Part shown: positions 18,084 to 27,832 of the stretch, piece by piece
How the letters are laid out: the number at the start of each line of letters is the position of its first letter
How positions within the stretch are numbered: position 1 is the first letter of the stretch
Source: an uncultured Klebsiella sp.
GTDB lineage: Bacteria; Verrucomicrobiota; Verrucomicrobiia; Limisphaerales; SXTU01
Direction of reading: 5' to 3'
Length of the DNA: 64,000 bases
NCBI GenBank assembly: GCA_964478755.1
Contig: CAYZJP010000003.1
Span: forward strand, 7,477-71,476
Notes under the pieces: model-generated
What the model was told of the DNA's origin: nothing
Databases searched by the model: none
What the model saw: only the letters and a program-made list of their open reading frames with translations
Program-made: the position numbers and the translations under genes

Positions 18084-18326
18084 ATGAATCCTGAACTCGT
18101 TCGCAAGGCGGTTGAAAAAGTTGCCAACCCCAACATTTTGGTCAACCTGCTGTCGCGCCGCGTGCGCCAGCTCAACTCCGGCAACCGCCCGCTCCTCGTC
18201 GCCCCGGCCACGCTCGGCGCGGCGGACGTCGCGCTGATGGAGATCGTCGAGGAGAAGATGAACTGGGACGCGCCCGAGACGCCCGAGGCGGCGGAGCCGG
18301 CCCCCAAGAAGCGCCGCAAGCACTGA
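18084..18326 (+). CDS. rpoZ: DNA-directed RNA polymerase subunit omega-like
   Basis: 80 aa. NPNILVNLLSRRVRQLN plus ADVALMEIVEEK resemble the RpoZ core. Acidic/basic tail. Confidence 0.6.
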   Translation: MNPELVRKAVEKVANPNILVNLLSRRVRQLNSGNRPLLVAPATLGAADVALMEIVEEKMNWDAPETPEAAEPAPKKRRKH

Positions 18327-18386
18327 GCGGCCTTCGAGTCACTTTCGTGCCGGCCAGAGGGTTTCGCCTTCTGGCTGGTTTTGTTT

Positions 18387-18845
18387 ATGGCCGAGATTGT
18401 CACCAACTCCAAGGCGCGCCGGGACTACCAGATAGTGGAGACCTTCGAGGCCGGCCTGGTGTTGCGCGGCACGGAGGTGAAGGCGGTCCGCGCCGGCTTC
18501 GTGCAGATCAGCGACGCCTTTGCGCGCGTGGACCACCAGGGCGAGGTCTGGCTGTATAACGCGCACATTGAGGAATACTCCCACGGCAACCGCGAGAACC
18601 ACCTGCCAAAAGCCCCGCGCAAGCTACTGCTCCATCAGTCGGAAATCCGCAAGCTGCACGAGCACACCGCCGTGAACGGCAACCAGCTCGTGCCGCTGTC
18701 CTTCTACTGGAAGAATGACCGCGTGAAAGTCGCGCTGGGCGTGGGCAAGAGCAAGGCCCAGTTCGACAAACGGGAGGACATCAAACGCCGCGACGCCGAC
18801 CGGGAGATGAAACGCGCGACGATGAAGCGGCTCAAGGGACGTTAG
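18387..18845 (+). CDS. smpB: SsrA-binding protein SmpB
   Basis: NSKARRDYQIVETFEAGLVLRGTEVKAVR, LYNAHIEEYSHGN, RKLLLHQSEIRKL, VPLSFYW, DKREDIKRRDADREM. ATG at 18387 (the track starts at an upstream TTG). Confidence 0.92.
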   Translation: MAEIVTNSKARRDYQIVETFEAGLVLRGTEVKAVRAGFVQISDAFARVDHQGEVWLYNAHIEEYSHGNRENHLPKAPRKLLLHQSEIRKLHEHTAVNGNQLVPLSFYWKNDRVKVALGVGKSKAQFDKREDIKRRDADREMKRATMKRLKGR

Positions 18846-18848
18846 CAA

Positions 18849-18873
18849 AATGGCGTCCGCCCGGGACGCCATT
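18849..18873 (-). terminator. intrinsic terminator-like hairpin between convergent smpB and rpmB
   Basis: Perfect 10-bp stem aatggcgtcc / ggacgccatt with a 5-nt loop. On the minus strand it is followed by TTTTGC, 34 nt after the rpmB stop. On the plus strand the U tract is poor. Confidence 0.5.
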
Positions 18874-18906
18874 CACTGCCGCAGGCAACCAAGCCCGACG
18901 AAAAAA

Positions 18907-19173
18907 CTAGGCCGCCTTGACGTCGCCTTTTTTCCAAGTGCGCTTGAGCGGCTTGGCCACGAGGCCTTTCTTGATGGCGGCGGCGGTCACGCGGATGTAG
19001 CGGACCTCGCCGTTCACGACGGCCTTGACCCGCTGGAGATTCGGGAAGAAGCGCCGCTTGGTGATGGCGGTGACGTGCGTGCCGATGCCGCCCTCGCGCT
19101 TGGCTTTACCACTGCGCCAGATGTGGCTGCCTTTGATCGGGCGCTTGCCGGTGAGTTCACAAATGCGTGCCAT
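18907..19173 (-). CDS. rpmB: 50S ribosomal protein L28
   Basis: MARICELTGKRPIKGSHIWRSGKAKREGGIG...RFFPNLQ...VSAAAIK-like pattern. ATG at 19173. Confidence 0.9.
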   Translation of the reverse strand: MARICELTGKRPIKGSHIWRSGKAKREGGIGTHVTAITKRRFFPNLQRVKAVVNGEVRYIRVTAAAIKKGLVAKPLKRTWKKGDVKAA

Positions 19174-19258
19174 AAGAATCAAATTTCCAGTTAAAGGAGC
19201 GCGTAGTTAGCCAGCATCGCAGGTGCGGTGCAAGCACGATTTCGCGCTTGGGGGACGC

Positions 19259-20929
19259 TCACTTGGAGCGGTGCATCTTGAAGCTGGTCGCGTGGGCTTT
19301 GGCCGGTTCCGGATTCCATTCCGGCAGGCTGGTCTTGATCGCGGCGGCGGGGGCGGCCAGGGAGAGCTGCTCCACCTGATGCATCATCGCGGAGAGGTTT
19401 ACGTTGGCCTTGGAGAGTTCGAACTGGGCTTTCTTCAACTCGGCTTCGAGTCCTTGCAAACGGGTTTTGAATACCACCAGCATCGCGAGGCCAAGAAACA
19501 AAATTGCCGCCGATATGATCATGCTGGTGATGGCGACCCAATTTGAGGACTCGCTGTTGCTGGAATAGGCAGGAGCGGGAACGGAATCCTCGCGTGCGCG
19601 CAAGTCCGGCTGTGGCTCGCGCATTCGCGGCGGCTCGGTGAACGAGCTGCCGGGATTTGTGTCCGCGCCGCCGGGCGGCAACGCAAAGAGGTCGCGCGCC
19701 GGAGCGGCGGGGATCGGCTCCTTGGCAGCCGGCGGAGCGGTGAACGGCGGCAGGCTCGGCTCCTTGGTCGCGGTCTCAGGTCCGGGATACTTGGCGGGCG
19801 GCATCGTGGCGGCGCTCGTCTCTTTCACCGGTGGCGGCAACACCGGCACGATGGGCTGCGGTTCTTTCATGCCCAGCGCCGGGGAAAAATTAGTAGTGGC
19901 GTCCGGCACGGGCGCGGTGAACGGCGACACCTTGCCGACGGTTGTGGGCGGAGGGAATGCGCCGGCTGATGTCTTCGGAGACACTTGTCCCGAGGCGGCC
20001 ATCGTCATGGGAGATTTGTCAGGCGTGATTGCGGCCGGCGGGGCGACGGGTGTGGTGGTGGCCGGGCTGCGACCGCCTTGCGCGAGATACTGCGTGGCGA
20101 GTTCGTGGCCTTGCGCCGCCGCCTTCTCTATCCACGCGCGTCCTTCGGTTGGGTTGGCAGCCGTGCCCTCACCCGTGAGCAACGCCCGCCCGTAATCAAA
20201 CTGCGCCGCCGCGAAATTTTGCTGGGCCGCCTTGCGAATCCACTTCGTGGCCGTCTCCAAATCCTGCTCGACGCCGTGCCCCAACTGGTAGAGCCGCCCC
20301 AGCAGAAACTGCGCGCGCGGATCCTCCTGATACGCCGCGCGCCGCAACCACGAGGCGGCCTCGGTGTAGTTGCGCTCGACGCCGTTGCCGTTCACGTAGG
20401 CCAGCCCCACGCTGCATTGCGAGCGCGCGTCGCCCTGCTCGGCGGCCTTGCGGAACCACTCGACCGCCTTCTTGCTGTCCTTGGGCACGCCTTCGCCCTT
20501 CAAGTAGCAGAGGGCGATGTTGTATTGCGCGTCCGGCAGACCTTGGGCGGCCGCCAACTCATACCATTTCACGGCCTCACGAAGATCGGCCGGCACGCCC
20601 TCGCCCTGGTCATACAGCGTGCCCAAGACATACTGGGCAAACGGATCGCGTTGGTCCGCCGCCAGCCGCACCCAGCGGACGCCTTCGACCAAATCCTTTT
20701 TGACGCCGTCGCCGCTGAGGTAGGCATTGGCCACGAGTCGTTGGGCGATGACATCACCTTTCTCGGCGGCGGCGCGCAGCTCAACGAAGGAGCGGATGGA
20801 CGGATTGGCACTCGGCAGCAACGGGGTGGCCGCCGCCGCAGTGAAATCGAGCAACAGTGTCGCCACCAGCGCGAGTCCGGGGCGGGCCAGCAGTTTTCCC
20901 AGTCGGAAAGGCTCGAAACACTTGCGCAT
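19259..20929 (-). CDS. Sel1-repeat (TPR-like) protein with Pro-rich linker, TM helix and C-terminal coiled coil
   Basis: At least six Sel1 units (AQ..LG..Y..G.GV..D...A..W...AA.QG). TM WVAITSMIISAAILFLGLAMLVVF. Signal-like N-terminus from the ATG at 20929. Confidence 0.8.
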   Translation of the reverse strand: MRKCFEPFRLGKLLARPGLALVATLLLDFTAAAATPLLPSANPSIRSFVELRAAAEKGDVIAQRLVANAYLSGDGVKKDLVEGVRWVRLAADQRDPFAQYVLGTLYDQGEGVPADLREAVKWYELAAAQGLPDAQYNIALCYLKGEGVPKDSKKAVEWFRKAAEQGDARSQCSVGLAYVNGNGVERNYTEAASWLRRAAYQEDPRAQFLLGRLYQLGHGVEQDLETATKWIRKAAQQNFAAAQFDYGRALLTGEGTAANPTEGRAWIEKAAAQGHELATQYLAQGGRSPATTTPVAPPAAITPDKSPMTMAASGQVSPKTSAGAFPPPTTVGKVSPFTAPVPDATTNFSPALGMKEPQPIVPVLPPPVKETSAATMPPAKYPGPETATKEPSLPPFTAPPAAKEPIPAAPARDLFALPPGGADTNPGSSFTEPPRMREPQPDLRAREDSVPAPAYSSNSESSNWVAITSMIISAAILFLGLAMLVVFKTRLQGLEAELKKAQFELSKANVNLSAMMHQVEQLSLAAPAAAIKTSLPEWNPEPAKAHATSFKMHRSK

Positions 20930-21060
20930 AAAACACCGTCGGCCCGCCCTCACACCTGCCGTGGAGAAAACTGCGGGCCAAGCGCGCGCATCGTGTGAGT
21001 CGTCCTCCGCAGTGTCAAGGTCGCGCTTGCCCGGCGCGCTCCGCACGCTACGCTCCCGCC

Positions 21061-23382
21061 ATGCGCTCCCGACTTGTTGTCCTGCTTGCCTTGGTTTCCC
21101 TCACTGCGATCCGCAGTTTTGCCGCCGCATCGTTGCCCGGCACACAGCCGCTCACGCGCGAAGGCGATTACTCCGAGCAGATGGTCGCCGGCATTCAGAA
21201 GTTTCTCCTGCGCGAGACGGACAATTCCATCGCCGCGCGCGCGCAGCTCTGGAAACGCGACCTGTCTTCGCCCGAAGCTTACGCGAAGTCCGTCGAGCCG
21301 AACCGCCAGCACCTCGCGCAAATCCTCGGCGCGGTGGACCCGCGCGTGCCGTTCAAGGCGCTGGAGTATGTCGCCAACACGCGCGATACGGCCGTCGTCG
21401 TGGAGACGTCGCAGTTCACCGTCTTTGCCGTGCGCTGGCCCGTGCTCGATGGGGTGACCGGCGAAGGTCTGTTGATCGAGCCAAAGTCCCCACCCCGCGC
21501 GCAAATCATTGCGCTGCCCGACGCCGATCAAACGCCCGAGCAACTCGCCGGCCTCGCACCCGGCACGCCCGCACGGGCGCAGTGGGCGCGCGCTCTCGCG
21601 GCGGCAGGCTGCCGCGTCGTCATCCCGACGTTGGTTGACCGACGTGACGAGTGGTCCGGCAACCCGCGCATCCGCTTCACGAACCAGCCGCACCGCGAAT
21701 GGATTTACCGCCAGGCCTTCATGCTAGGCCGCACGGTCATAGGCTACGAAGTGCAGAAAGTGCTGGCAGTCGTGGACTGGTTCACCAAGGAAAACACCGG
21801 GCACGGAGCGCGCCGTCCCATCGTGGTCGCTGGCCATGCGGAAGGCGGGCTGATCGCGCTCCATGCCGCCGCGTTGGACACACGCATCTCCGCCGCGTTG
21901 GTCAGCGGCTACTTCGACTCGCGGCAAGCGCTCTGGAAGGAGCCGATCTACCGCAACGTCTTTGGCCTGCTCCGTGAGTTCGGCGACGCAGAGCTCGCCA
22001 GCCTTGTCCATCCCCGCGCACTGGTCGTTGAACACAGCCAGGTGCCGACGCTTGCCGGCCCGCCCGCCGTGCGCACGGGCCGTTCGGGCGGCGCGGCTCC
22101 GGGCAGGTGGTCCACGCCGGACTTCACTTCGGTCGAGGCAGAAGTCGCTCGCGCCGGCAAACTCACCGGCAAGCCGCCGCTCTTCATCCACGGCAGCGAA
22201 GGCTCAACCACCGGGCCGGGATCCATCGCCGCGCTGGAAGACGCGCTCGCCGCCGTCGGCGTGAAGGTGCGCGTGGATTTCGCGCCGGACAAACTTCTCG
22301 GGGACGCCAGGAAAGACTTCTCCGCCGACGACCGCCAGCGCCGGCAAGTGAAGGAGCTGGAGAACTTCACCCAGAACTTGCTCCGCGTAGCGACCTACAT
22401 GAGGGACGAATCTTTTTGGGCCAAGGCCAAAGCGCCCAACGCCGCCGCGTGGGATACCGCACGCAAGCCGTGGCAGAGCAACTTCTGGCAGGAGGTCAAC
22501 GGGAAGTTCGCACCGGCCAGCCTGCCCGCGAACGCGCGCTCGAAGGAAATTCTCAACACCGACAAGCTGACGGGCTATGACGTGACGCTGGACGTTTGGC
22601 CCGACGTGTTCGCATGGGGAATTCTTTTGCTGCCCAAGGACCTGAAACCCGGCGAGCGCCGGCCGGTGGTCGTGTGCCAGCACGGCCTCGAAGGCGTGCC
22701 GATGGACACCGTGACGACCGACGAGAAATCCCGCGCGTGGCAGAGCTACAAGGGCTTCGCAACACGGCTGGCGGAACGCGGCTTCATCGTCTTTGCGCCG
22801 CACAACCCGTATCGTGGGCATGACGAATTCAGAAACATCCAGAGGCTCGCAAATCCGCTGGGCAAACATCTTTTCTCCGTCATCTTCGCGCAGCACGAGC
22901 GAATTTTGGAATGGCTCGGCGCGCAGCCGTTCGTGGACGCCAAGCGCATCGGCTTCTACGGCCTGAGCTACGGCGGCAAGTCCGCGATGCGCATCCCGGC
23001 GGCGCTGGACGGCTACTGCCTGAGCATTTGTTCGGCGGACTTCAACGAGTGGGTCTGGAAAAACGCGACCGTGGACTGGCGCGGCAGCTACCTGTTCACC
23101 GGCGAATACGAAATCTTTGAGTGGAACCTCGGCCACACGTTCAACTACGCCGAGATGGCCGCGCTCATCGCGCCGCGGCCCTTCATGGTCGAGCGCGGCC
23201 ACGACGACGGCGTGGGCATTGACGAGTGGGTGAACTTCGAGTTCGCGAAAATCCGCCGCTTCTACACCAAGCTCGGCATCGCCGACCGCACGGAGATCGA
23301 GCATTTCGACGGCCCGCACACCATCAACGGGCAAGGGACGTTTGACTTTCTCCACAAGCATCTGAACTGGCCGAAGCGGTGA
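21061..23382 (+). CDS. secreted alpha/beta-hydrolase family protein (dienelactone hydrolase / prolyl-oligopeptidase-like C-terminal domain)
   Basis: Signal peptide MRSRLVVLLALVSLTAIRSFAAA. Nucleophile elbow GLSYGGKS. ERGHDDG near the C-terminus. Confidence 0.65.
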   Translation: MRSRLVVLLALVSLTAIRSFAAASLPGTQPLTREGDYSEQMVAGIQKFLLRETDNSIAARAQLWKRDLSSPEAYAKSVEPNRQHLAQILGAVDPRVPFKALEYVANTRDTAVVVETSQFTVFAVRWPVLDGVTGEGLLIEPKSPPRAQIIALPDADQTPEQLAGLAPGTPARAQWARALAAAGCRVVIPTLVDRRDEWSGNPRIRFTNQPHREWIYRQAFMLGRTVIGYEVQKVLAVVDWFTKENTGHGARRPIVVAGHAEGGLIALHAAALDTRISAALVSGYFDSRQALWKEPIYRNVFGLLREFGDAELASLVHPRALVVEHSQVPTLAGPPAVRTGRSGGAAPGRWSTPDFTSVEAEVARAGKLTGKPPLFIHGSEGSTTGPGSIAALEDALAAVGVKVRVDFAPDKLLGDARKDFSADDRQRRQVKELENFTQNLLRVATYMRDESFWAKAKAPNAAAWDTARKPWQSNFWQEVNGKFAPASLPANARSKEILNTDKLTGYDVTLDVWPDVFAWGILLLPKDLKPGERRPVVVCQHGLEGVPMDTVTTDEKSRAWQSYKGFATRLAERGFIVFAPHNPYRGHDEFRNIQRLANPLGKHLFSVIFAQHERILEWLGAQPFVDAKRIGFYGLSYGGKSAMRIPAALDGYCLSICSADFNEWVWKNATVDWRGSYLFTGEYEIFEWNLGHTFNYAEMAALIAPRPFMVERGHDDGVGIDEWVNFEFAKIRRFYTKLGIADRTEIEHFDGPHTINGQGTFDFLHKHLNWPKR

Positions 23383-23645
23383 AGTGCCCGACTGTGAAAT
23401 CCCTTCACTTGTGGAAGGTCAGCGCACTGCTCTGGGCACTGGCCATCGAACGCCGAATCTGACGCTGGGTTCGCAACTCGAAACGACTGGCGGGGACTAC
23501 AATTTCAAGGCGATTTTCTTCGTGCAGAAATCGAGGGACAGCGGTTCAATGCTGCAAGTCACAAAGAACATTCGCCAGGCGGCGGTGTTTGAATGCGTGA
23601 ACAGGCACAGTTTGGCGGTCAAAAATTGCAAACACAGGAGAATCC

Positions 23646-24773
23646 ATGAAAACAAACGCTCGATGGGTGGTTGCGCTCGCGGCGGGCTCGGTTGCGCTCG
23701 CGGCGATCTTGGCGGGGTGTTCCGACGGGGCCGTGGACAGCGAGGCGGCCAGCAACCGGGAGTCATCCGAGGCGGTCGCGATGATGAAAAGCGAGGAGGC
23801 GCAGCGGCGCGCGGCCTCCGCGGCACGGGAGAAAGACCCGTTGTGGAAGCCGGCCACCAGTGAGGTGGGTCTGATCCAGGTGGGCGACAGCAAAAGGCCG
23901 GGTGCCCTGAAGAATTTCTGCCTGAATGCCGAGGGCAACATCCTGGCGTGCCTCGACAAGAGCATCCGGGTGCATTCGCCCAAGGGAGAATTGCTCAAGA
24001 CCCTGCCGCTGGAGATCAAGCCCGGGGCGATTGCCGTGGCAAAGGACGGCGCGATTTTTGTGGCGGGCGAAGGGCTGATGTTCAAGCTCGACGCCAGCGG
24101 AAAGGTGCTGGCGAAGGCGGAATCGCCGGTGGCCAAGGTGCCGGTGGTCATCACCAAGGAGATCGAGGAAATGCTCAAGCAATCGGGACGTTCCAGCAAG
24201 GCGGAGTGCGACCGCATGAAGACGAGTCTGGAACAGCGCCGGTCCGAGGTGAACGGGATGGCGGTGACGGAGCAGGACGTGTTCATGGTGGTTCCGTCGC
24301 CGAGTGACTTCTCCTTCCGCGTCTATCGCATGGACCATGAGCTGCAAAATCCGAAGCTCGTCGTCGACAAGCTCCGCGGCTGCTGCGGACAGATGGACCT
24401 CCAAGCTCACGAGGGGAAACTGTGGATTCCGCACAACGGCCGCCACGCCATCGAATCCCACGACCGTGACGGGAATGAACTCTCGAAGTTCGGCAAGGCC
24501 GGCAAGGTGAAGGCCAGTGATTTCGGTGGCTGCTGTGAGCCAAAGAGCCTGCGCGTGCTGCCCAACGGCGACATCCTCGCCGCCGAGTCCGGCCCGCCCA
24601 CCTGCATCAAGCGCTTCTCGGCGGACGGCAAATTCCTCGGCGTGGTCGCGGTGATCAACGAGTCGCACGGAGATTGCGTGCGCGTCACCGTGGAGATGAG
24701 CGCGGATGGAAGCCGGTATTACCTGATGGACACCAAGCGCGATGCCATCCACGTCTTCGGTGCGAAGGGGTGA
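23646..24773 (+). CDS. lipoprotein, NHL-like beta-propeller, with two vicinal-cysteine GCC motifs
   Basis: Good SD (aggaga) 6 nt before the ATG. Lipobox AILAGC. LRGCCGQMD and FGGCCEPKS motifs. Repetitive beta-strand pattern. Confidence 0.7.
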   Translation: MKTNARWVVALAAGSVALAAILAGCSDGAVDSEAASNRESSEAVAMMKSEEAQRRAASAAREKDPLWKPATSEVGLIQVGDSKRPGALKNFCLNAEGNILACLDKSIRVHSPKGELLKTLPLEIKPGAIAVAKDGAIFVAGEGLMFKLDASGKVLAKAESPVAKVPVVITKEIEEMLKQSGRSSKAECDRMKTSLEQRRSEVNGMAVTEQDVFMVVPSPSDFSFRVYRMDHELQNPKLVVDKLRGCCGQMDLQAHEGKLWIPHNGRHAIESHDRDGNELSKFGKAGKVKASDFGGCCEPKSLRVLPNGDILAAESGPPTCIKRFSADGKFLGVVAVINESHGDCVRVTVEMSADGSRYYLMDTKRDAIHVFGAKG

Positions 24774-24803
24774 GCTGAATCGGGTCGGCTCGCTGGAGTG
24801 CCC

Positions 24804-26852
24804 ATGAGCTACTGCAACCACCGTGGAATTGGCCGGCTCGCCTTCCTGTGGCTGGCGTTGTTCGGCGTCAGCGGCGCATTTGCTGCCTCGCCCAAGAAAA
24901 CGCCGGAGCCGGTCGTGCTGGTGGTGCTGGATCCGCTCGCCAAGGAGCTGGCTTGCGCGTGCGTGCCGGGCTACGGCCAGCGCGATTACCGCAAACTCGC
25001 CGCGCGTCTTGAAGTGGCCCTCAAGCAACGCGTCGGCATCGAGTTCTCCGATGACCTCGCCGAGACGCTCACGGTGATCGGCCCCGGGCGGGAAGTGGTC
25101 GTCATCGGCGACCAATCACTCGTCGCCGACGGCGCGAAACGGGTGGAGTTGAAATGTCATCCGATCTGCGAGCTGACCGGCATTGATGGCAACGCAACCA
25201 TCACGGGTTTGTTTGTGGCTCGTGCCAGCGATCCGGCGAAGTCGTTGCAGGAGATCGGCGGGCGGAGGATTTTGTTCGGCGTTCCAGAAACCGATGCCAA
25301 GCACGCCGCCGCCCTCGCCGCGCTGCGCGCCGCTGGCGTCGAGCCGCCCGCCAAGCCGGAGAAACGCACGCCCTACAGCGACGCCGCACTGGACGTGCTG
25401 GACAGTTCTGCGTCGCCGCCGCCGGTGGCGGTGATCCCCAGTTACGCGCTGCGCCTGCTCGAAGGCTGCGGCAGCGTCGCGCCCGGTGCGCTGAAGGTGA
25501 TCGGGCGGACGGAGGCCGTGCCGTTCATCACGGTGTTCGTGGGTGACCGCGTCGCGGCAGACAAGGAACAAATCATTCTCAAGTCGCTGCTTGACCTCAA
25601 AGGCGACGAAAAACTGCTGAGGCTCATGGAGAGCAAGGATGGCTTCCGACCGGTGAATGCCGTCAAGCCGGCCGGTGGAAAAGCCAGCGCCGAAGCGGAC
25701 TGGCCGGACTGGCGCGGGCCGGGCCGAGATGCCCACGTGCCACGGTTGCCGGCGCGCTTGCCGGAGACAACCAGGCTCGTCTGGAAAAAGGCCGCCATGC
25801 CCGGCGGCTTGGCAGGTTTGAGTGTGAGCACGGGCAGATTGATCCTCGCCGAGCGCGACTTCGGTGACGAATTCGACGTGTATCGCTGCCTCAGCGCGGA
25901 CACGGGTGAGCTGCTCTGGCGGGCGGAATTCCCCGCGCGCGGAAAGCTCGACTATGGCACGTCCCCGCGAGCCACGCCGGTCATTCACCAGGGCCGGGCA
26001 TATCTGCTCGGGGCCTTCGGCGAGCTGCGCTGCGTCAATGTTGCGGACGGCAAGCTGCTCTGGAAGCGGAGCCTGCCGCGCGACTTTCAGGCGGAGTTGC
26101 CCACGTGGGGAATGTGCGCCACGCCGCTGATCGTGGACGATTTGCTCGTCGTCAATCCCGGCGGTGCCGGTGCCGCGCTGGCCGCGCTGGATTGCGTCAC
26201 CGGCAAAACCCGCTGGACCACGCCGGGACGCCCCGCTGCCTACTCGGCTTTTATTTGCGGTGAATTCGGCGGGCAGCGGCAGATCGTGGGCTACGACCGG
26301 CTTTCGCTCGGTGGCTGGGACGTGAAGACGGGCAAGCGCCTCTGGCAACTCGTGCCGCCGACGGAAGGCGACTTCAATGTGCCCACGCCCGTCGTCGTCG
26401 CCGGCGGCCTCCTCGTCGCGACCGAGAACAACGGGACGCGTCTTTACCATTTCGATGCCGCTGGCCGGATCATTTCCAAGCCGGTGGCGGTGTTTGCGGA
26501 ACTCGCCCCGGACACGGCGACACCGGTGGTGACGAATGGCCGCGTCTTCGGGGTCCACCGTGGTCTGCGTTGCCTCGACATCCAGCAGGGGTTGAAGCCC
26601 GTCTGGCATCGCGAAGAAAACGCGCTTGGCGATCACGCCACGTTGATCGCGGATGCGGAGCGTGTGCTGGTGATGACTCACGGCGGCGAACTCATCTTGT
26701 TGGATGGCAGGACGGATGTGTGCACCATCATTTCACGGCTGCGCGTGTTTGAGGAGGACGCTGAAGTGTATTCGCATCCGGCGCTGGTGGGCACGCGGCT
26801 CTACGTGCGCGGCGGTTCCAGTGTGGTTTGCGTGGATTTGGGGAAAGATTGA
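24804..26852 (+). CDS. fusion of a PhnD-like periplasmic binding domain and a PQQ-like (BamB-type) beta-propeller
   Basis: Signal peptide LAFLWLALFGVSGAFA. VVLVVLDPLAKELACACVPGYGQRDY and ILFGVPETDAKH resemble PhnD/SsuA-type binding proteins. WPDWRGPGRDAHV followed by repeated G.L.W... propeller blades. An alternative GTG start is at 24798. Confidence 0.65.
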   Translation: MSYCNHRGIGRLAFLWLALFGVSGAFAASPKKTPEPVVLVVLDPLAKELACACVPGYGQRDYRKLAARLEVALKQRVGIEFSDDLAETLTVIGPGREVVVIGDQSLVADGAKRVELKCHPICELTGIDGNATITGLFVARASDPAKSLQEIGGRRILFGVPETDAKHAAALAALRAAGVEPPAKPEKRTPYSDAALDVLDSSASPPPVAVIPSYALRLLEGCGSVAPGALKVIGRTEAVPFITVFVGDRVAADKEQIILKSLLDLKGDEKLLRLMESKDGFRPVNAVKPAGGKASAEADWPDWRGPGRDAHVPRLPARLPETTRLVWKKAAMPGGLAGLSVSTGRLILAERDFGDEFDVYRCLSADTGELLWRAEFPARGKLDYGTSPRATPVIHQGRAYLLGAFGELRCVNVADGKLLWKRSLPRDFQAELPTWGMCATPLIVDDLLVVNPGGAGAALAALDCVTGKTRWTTPGRPAAYSAFICGEFGGQRQIVGYDRLSLGGWDVKTGKRLWQLVPPTEGDFNVPTPVVVAGGLLVATENNGTRLYHFDAAGRIISKPVAVFAELAPDTATPVVTNGRVFGVHRGLRCLDIQQGLKPVWHREENALGDHATLIADAERVLVMTHGGELILLDGRTDVCTIISRLRVFEEDAEVYSHPALVGTRLYVRGGSSVVCVDLGKD

Positions 26853-26872
26853 GCGTCGTTGTTCCGGCTGTT

Positions 26873-27604
26873 ATGAAGTTCAGATCCATCCTCGTCATCG
26901 GCCTCCTCGCCCTGGCATGCGCGGGATGTTCGAGCGTTTCCCAGTCGGGATCCCATGCCAAACTGCTTCCCGCGCTTGGTCCCTATGTCAGGGAAGTCGC
27001 CAACGAACTGAACACGATCCCTCCCGAGCGCAAGGTCGTGCTGGGCGAGATCGCCGCGACTGTGGCCGCGCGCCTTGAGAGCGGAGCGGATGCAAAGCTG
27101 ACTTTCATCTGCACCCATAATTCCCGGCGCAGTCACATGTCGCAGGTCTGGCTCCAAACCGCCGCCTATCACTACGGCCTCGACAAGGTCCGCGCCTATT
27201 CGGGAGGCACCCAGGCGACCGCCTGCAACTGCCGGACGGTGACGGCGATGCGCACGGCGGGCTTTGCCATTCAGGACGCCACGACCGGAGACAATCCGCT
27301 TTATCTGGTCCGGTATGCGGAGGACCGCCCGCCGATCCGCGCCTATTCCAAGCTCTACAATGCCGATGCCAATCCGAAGCGCGATTTCATTGCCTTGATG
27401 ACGTGCAGTGTGGCCGACAAGTCATGTCCCGTCGTGCAGGGAGCCATCGCCCGGTATGCGATCCATTACGCTGATCCCCGGCTTTGCGATGACACGCCCA
27501 CCGAAACCGCCGCCTACAACGAGCGCTGCCGGGAAATCGCGCGGGAGATGTTCTATATCATGTCGGAGGTTCGCCGACAGGTGGATGCAAACACGCGGCC
27601 TTGA
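26873..27604 (+). CDS. LMW protein-tyrosine-phosphatase / ArsC-type (CX5R) protein with signal or lipoprotein N-terminus
   Basis: P-loop LTFICTHNSRRSHMSQVW (C-X5-R-S). Downstream MTCSVADKSCP and YADP. N-terminus MKFRSILVIGLLALACAGCSS. Confidence 0.75.
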   Translation: MKFRSILVIGLLALACAGCSSVSQSGSHAKLLPALGPYVREVANELNTIPPERKVVLGEIAATVAARLESGADAKLTFICTHNSRRSHMSQVWLQTAAYHYGLDKVRAYSGGTQATACNCRTVTAMRTAGFAIQDATTGDNPLYLVRYAEDRPPIRAYSKLYNADANPKRDFIALMTCSVADKSCPVVQGAIARYAIHYADPRLCDDTPTETAAYNERCREIAREMFYIMSEVRRQVDANTRP

Positions 27605-27832
27605 CGAGATTTCAACAGGACCGTGGCGTGGGACAGAGATATAATAGTAACAGCGTCATCGTCGTTGCCGCTGGAGTCAGACGGGCTGGCTGAAGCAGGC
27701 CGGGCGCAATCCGTCCGATGGCTTTCACCGGGTAAGGGATATAATTGCGGGCAACTCCCTTTGTCGGGAGCGCCAGATTCCCCGCACATGTCTGCCGCGC
27801 GCGGGCTGGATTCTCGGAACCAGGCAAGTTGG

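Noticed and set aside
18846-18906. Looked for a tmRNA (ssrA) gene next to smpB.
   Set aside because: The only structure there is a 10-bp-stem hairpin. There is no tRNA-like acceptor/T-arm and no tag reading frame in the flanking intergenic regions.
23384-23863. 159-aa plus ORF spanning the leader and the start of the lipoprotein gene.
   Set aside because: It is out of frame with the lipoprotein gene, which has a strong SD and lipobox. Its C-terminal half is Gly/Arg-rich shadow sequence.
22204-26681. Long minus-strand ORFs at 22204-23361, 23763-25115 and 25116-26681.
   Set aside because: They are antisense to plus-strand genes that have signal peptides, lipoboxes and catalytic motifs. Their translations are Arg/His/Gly-rich without structure.
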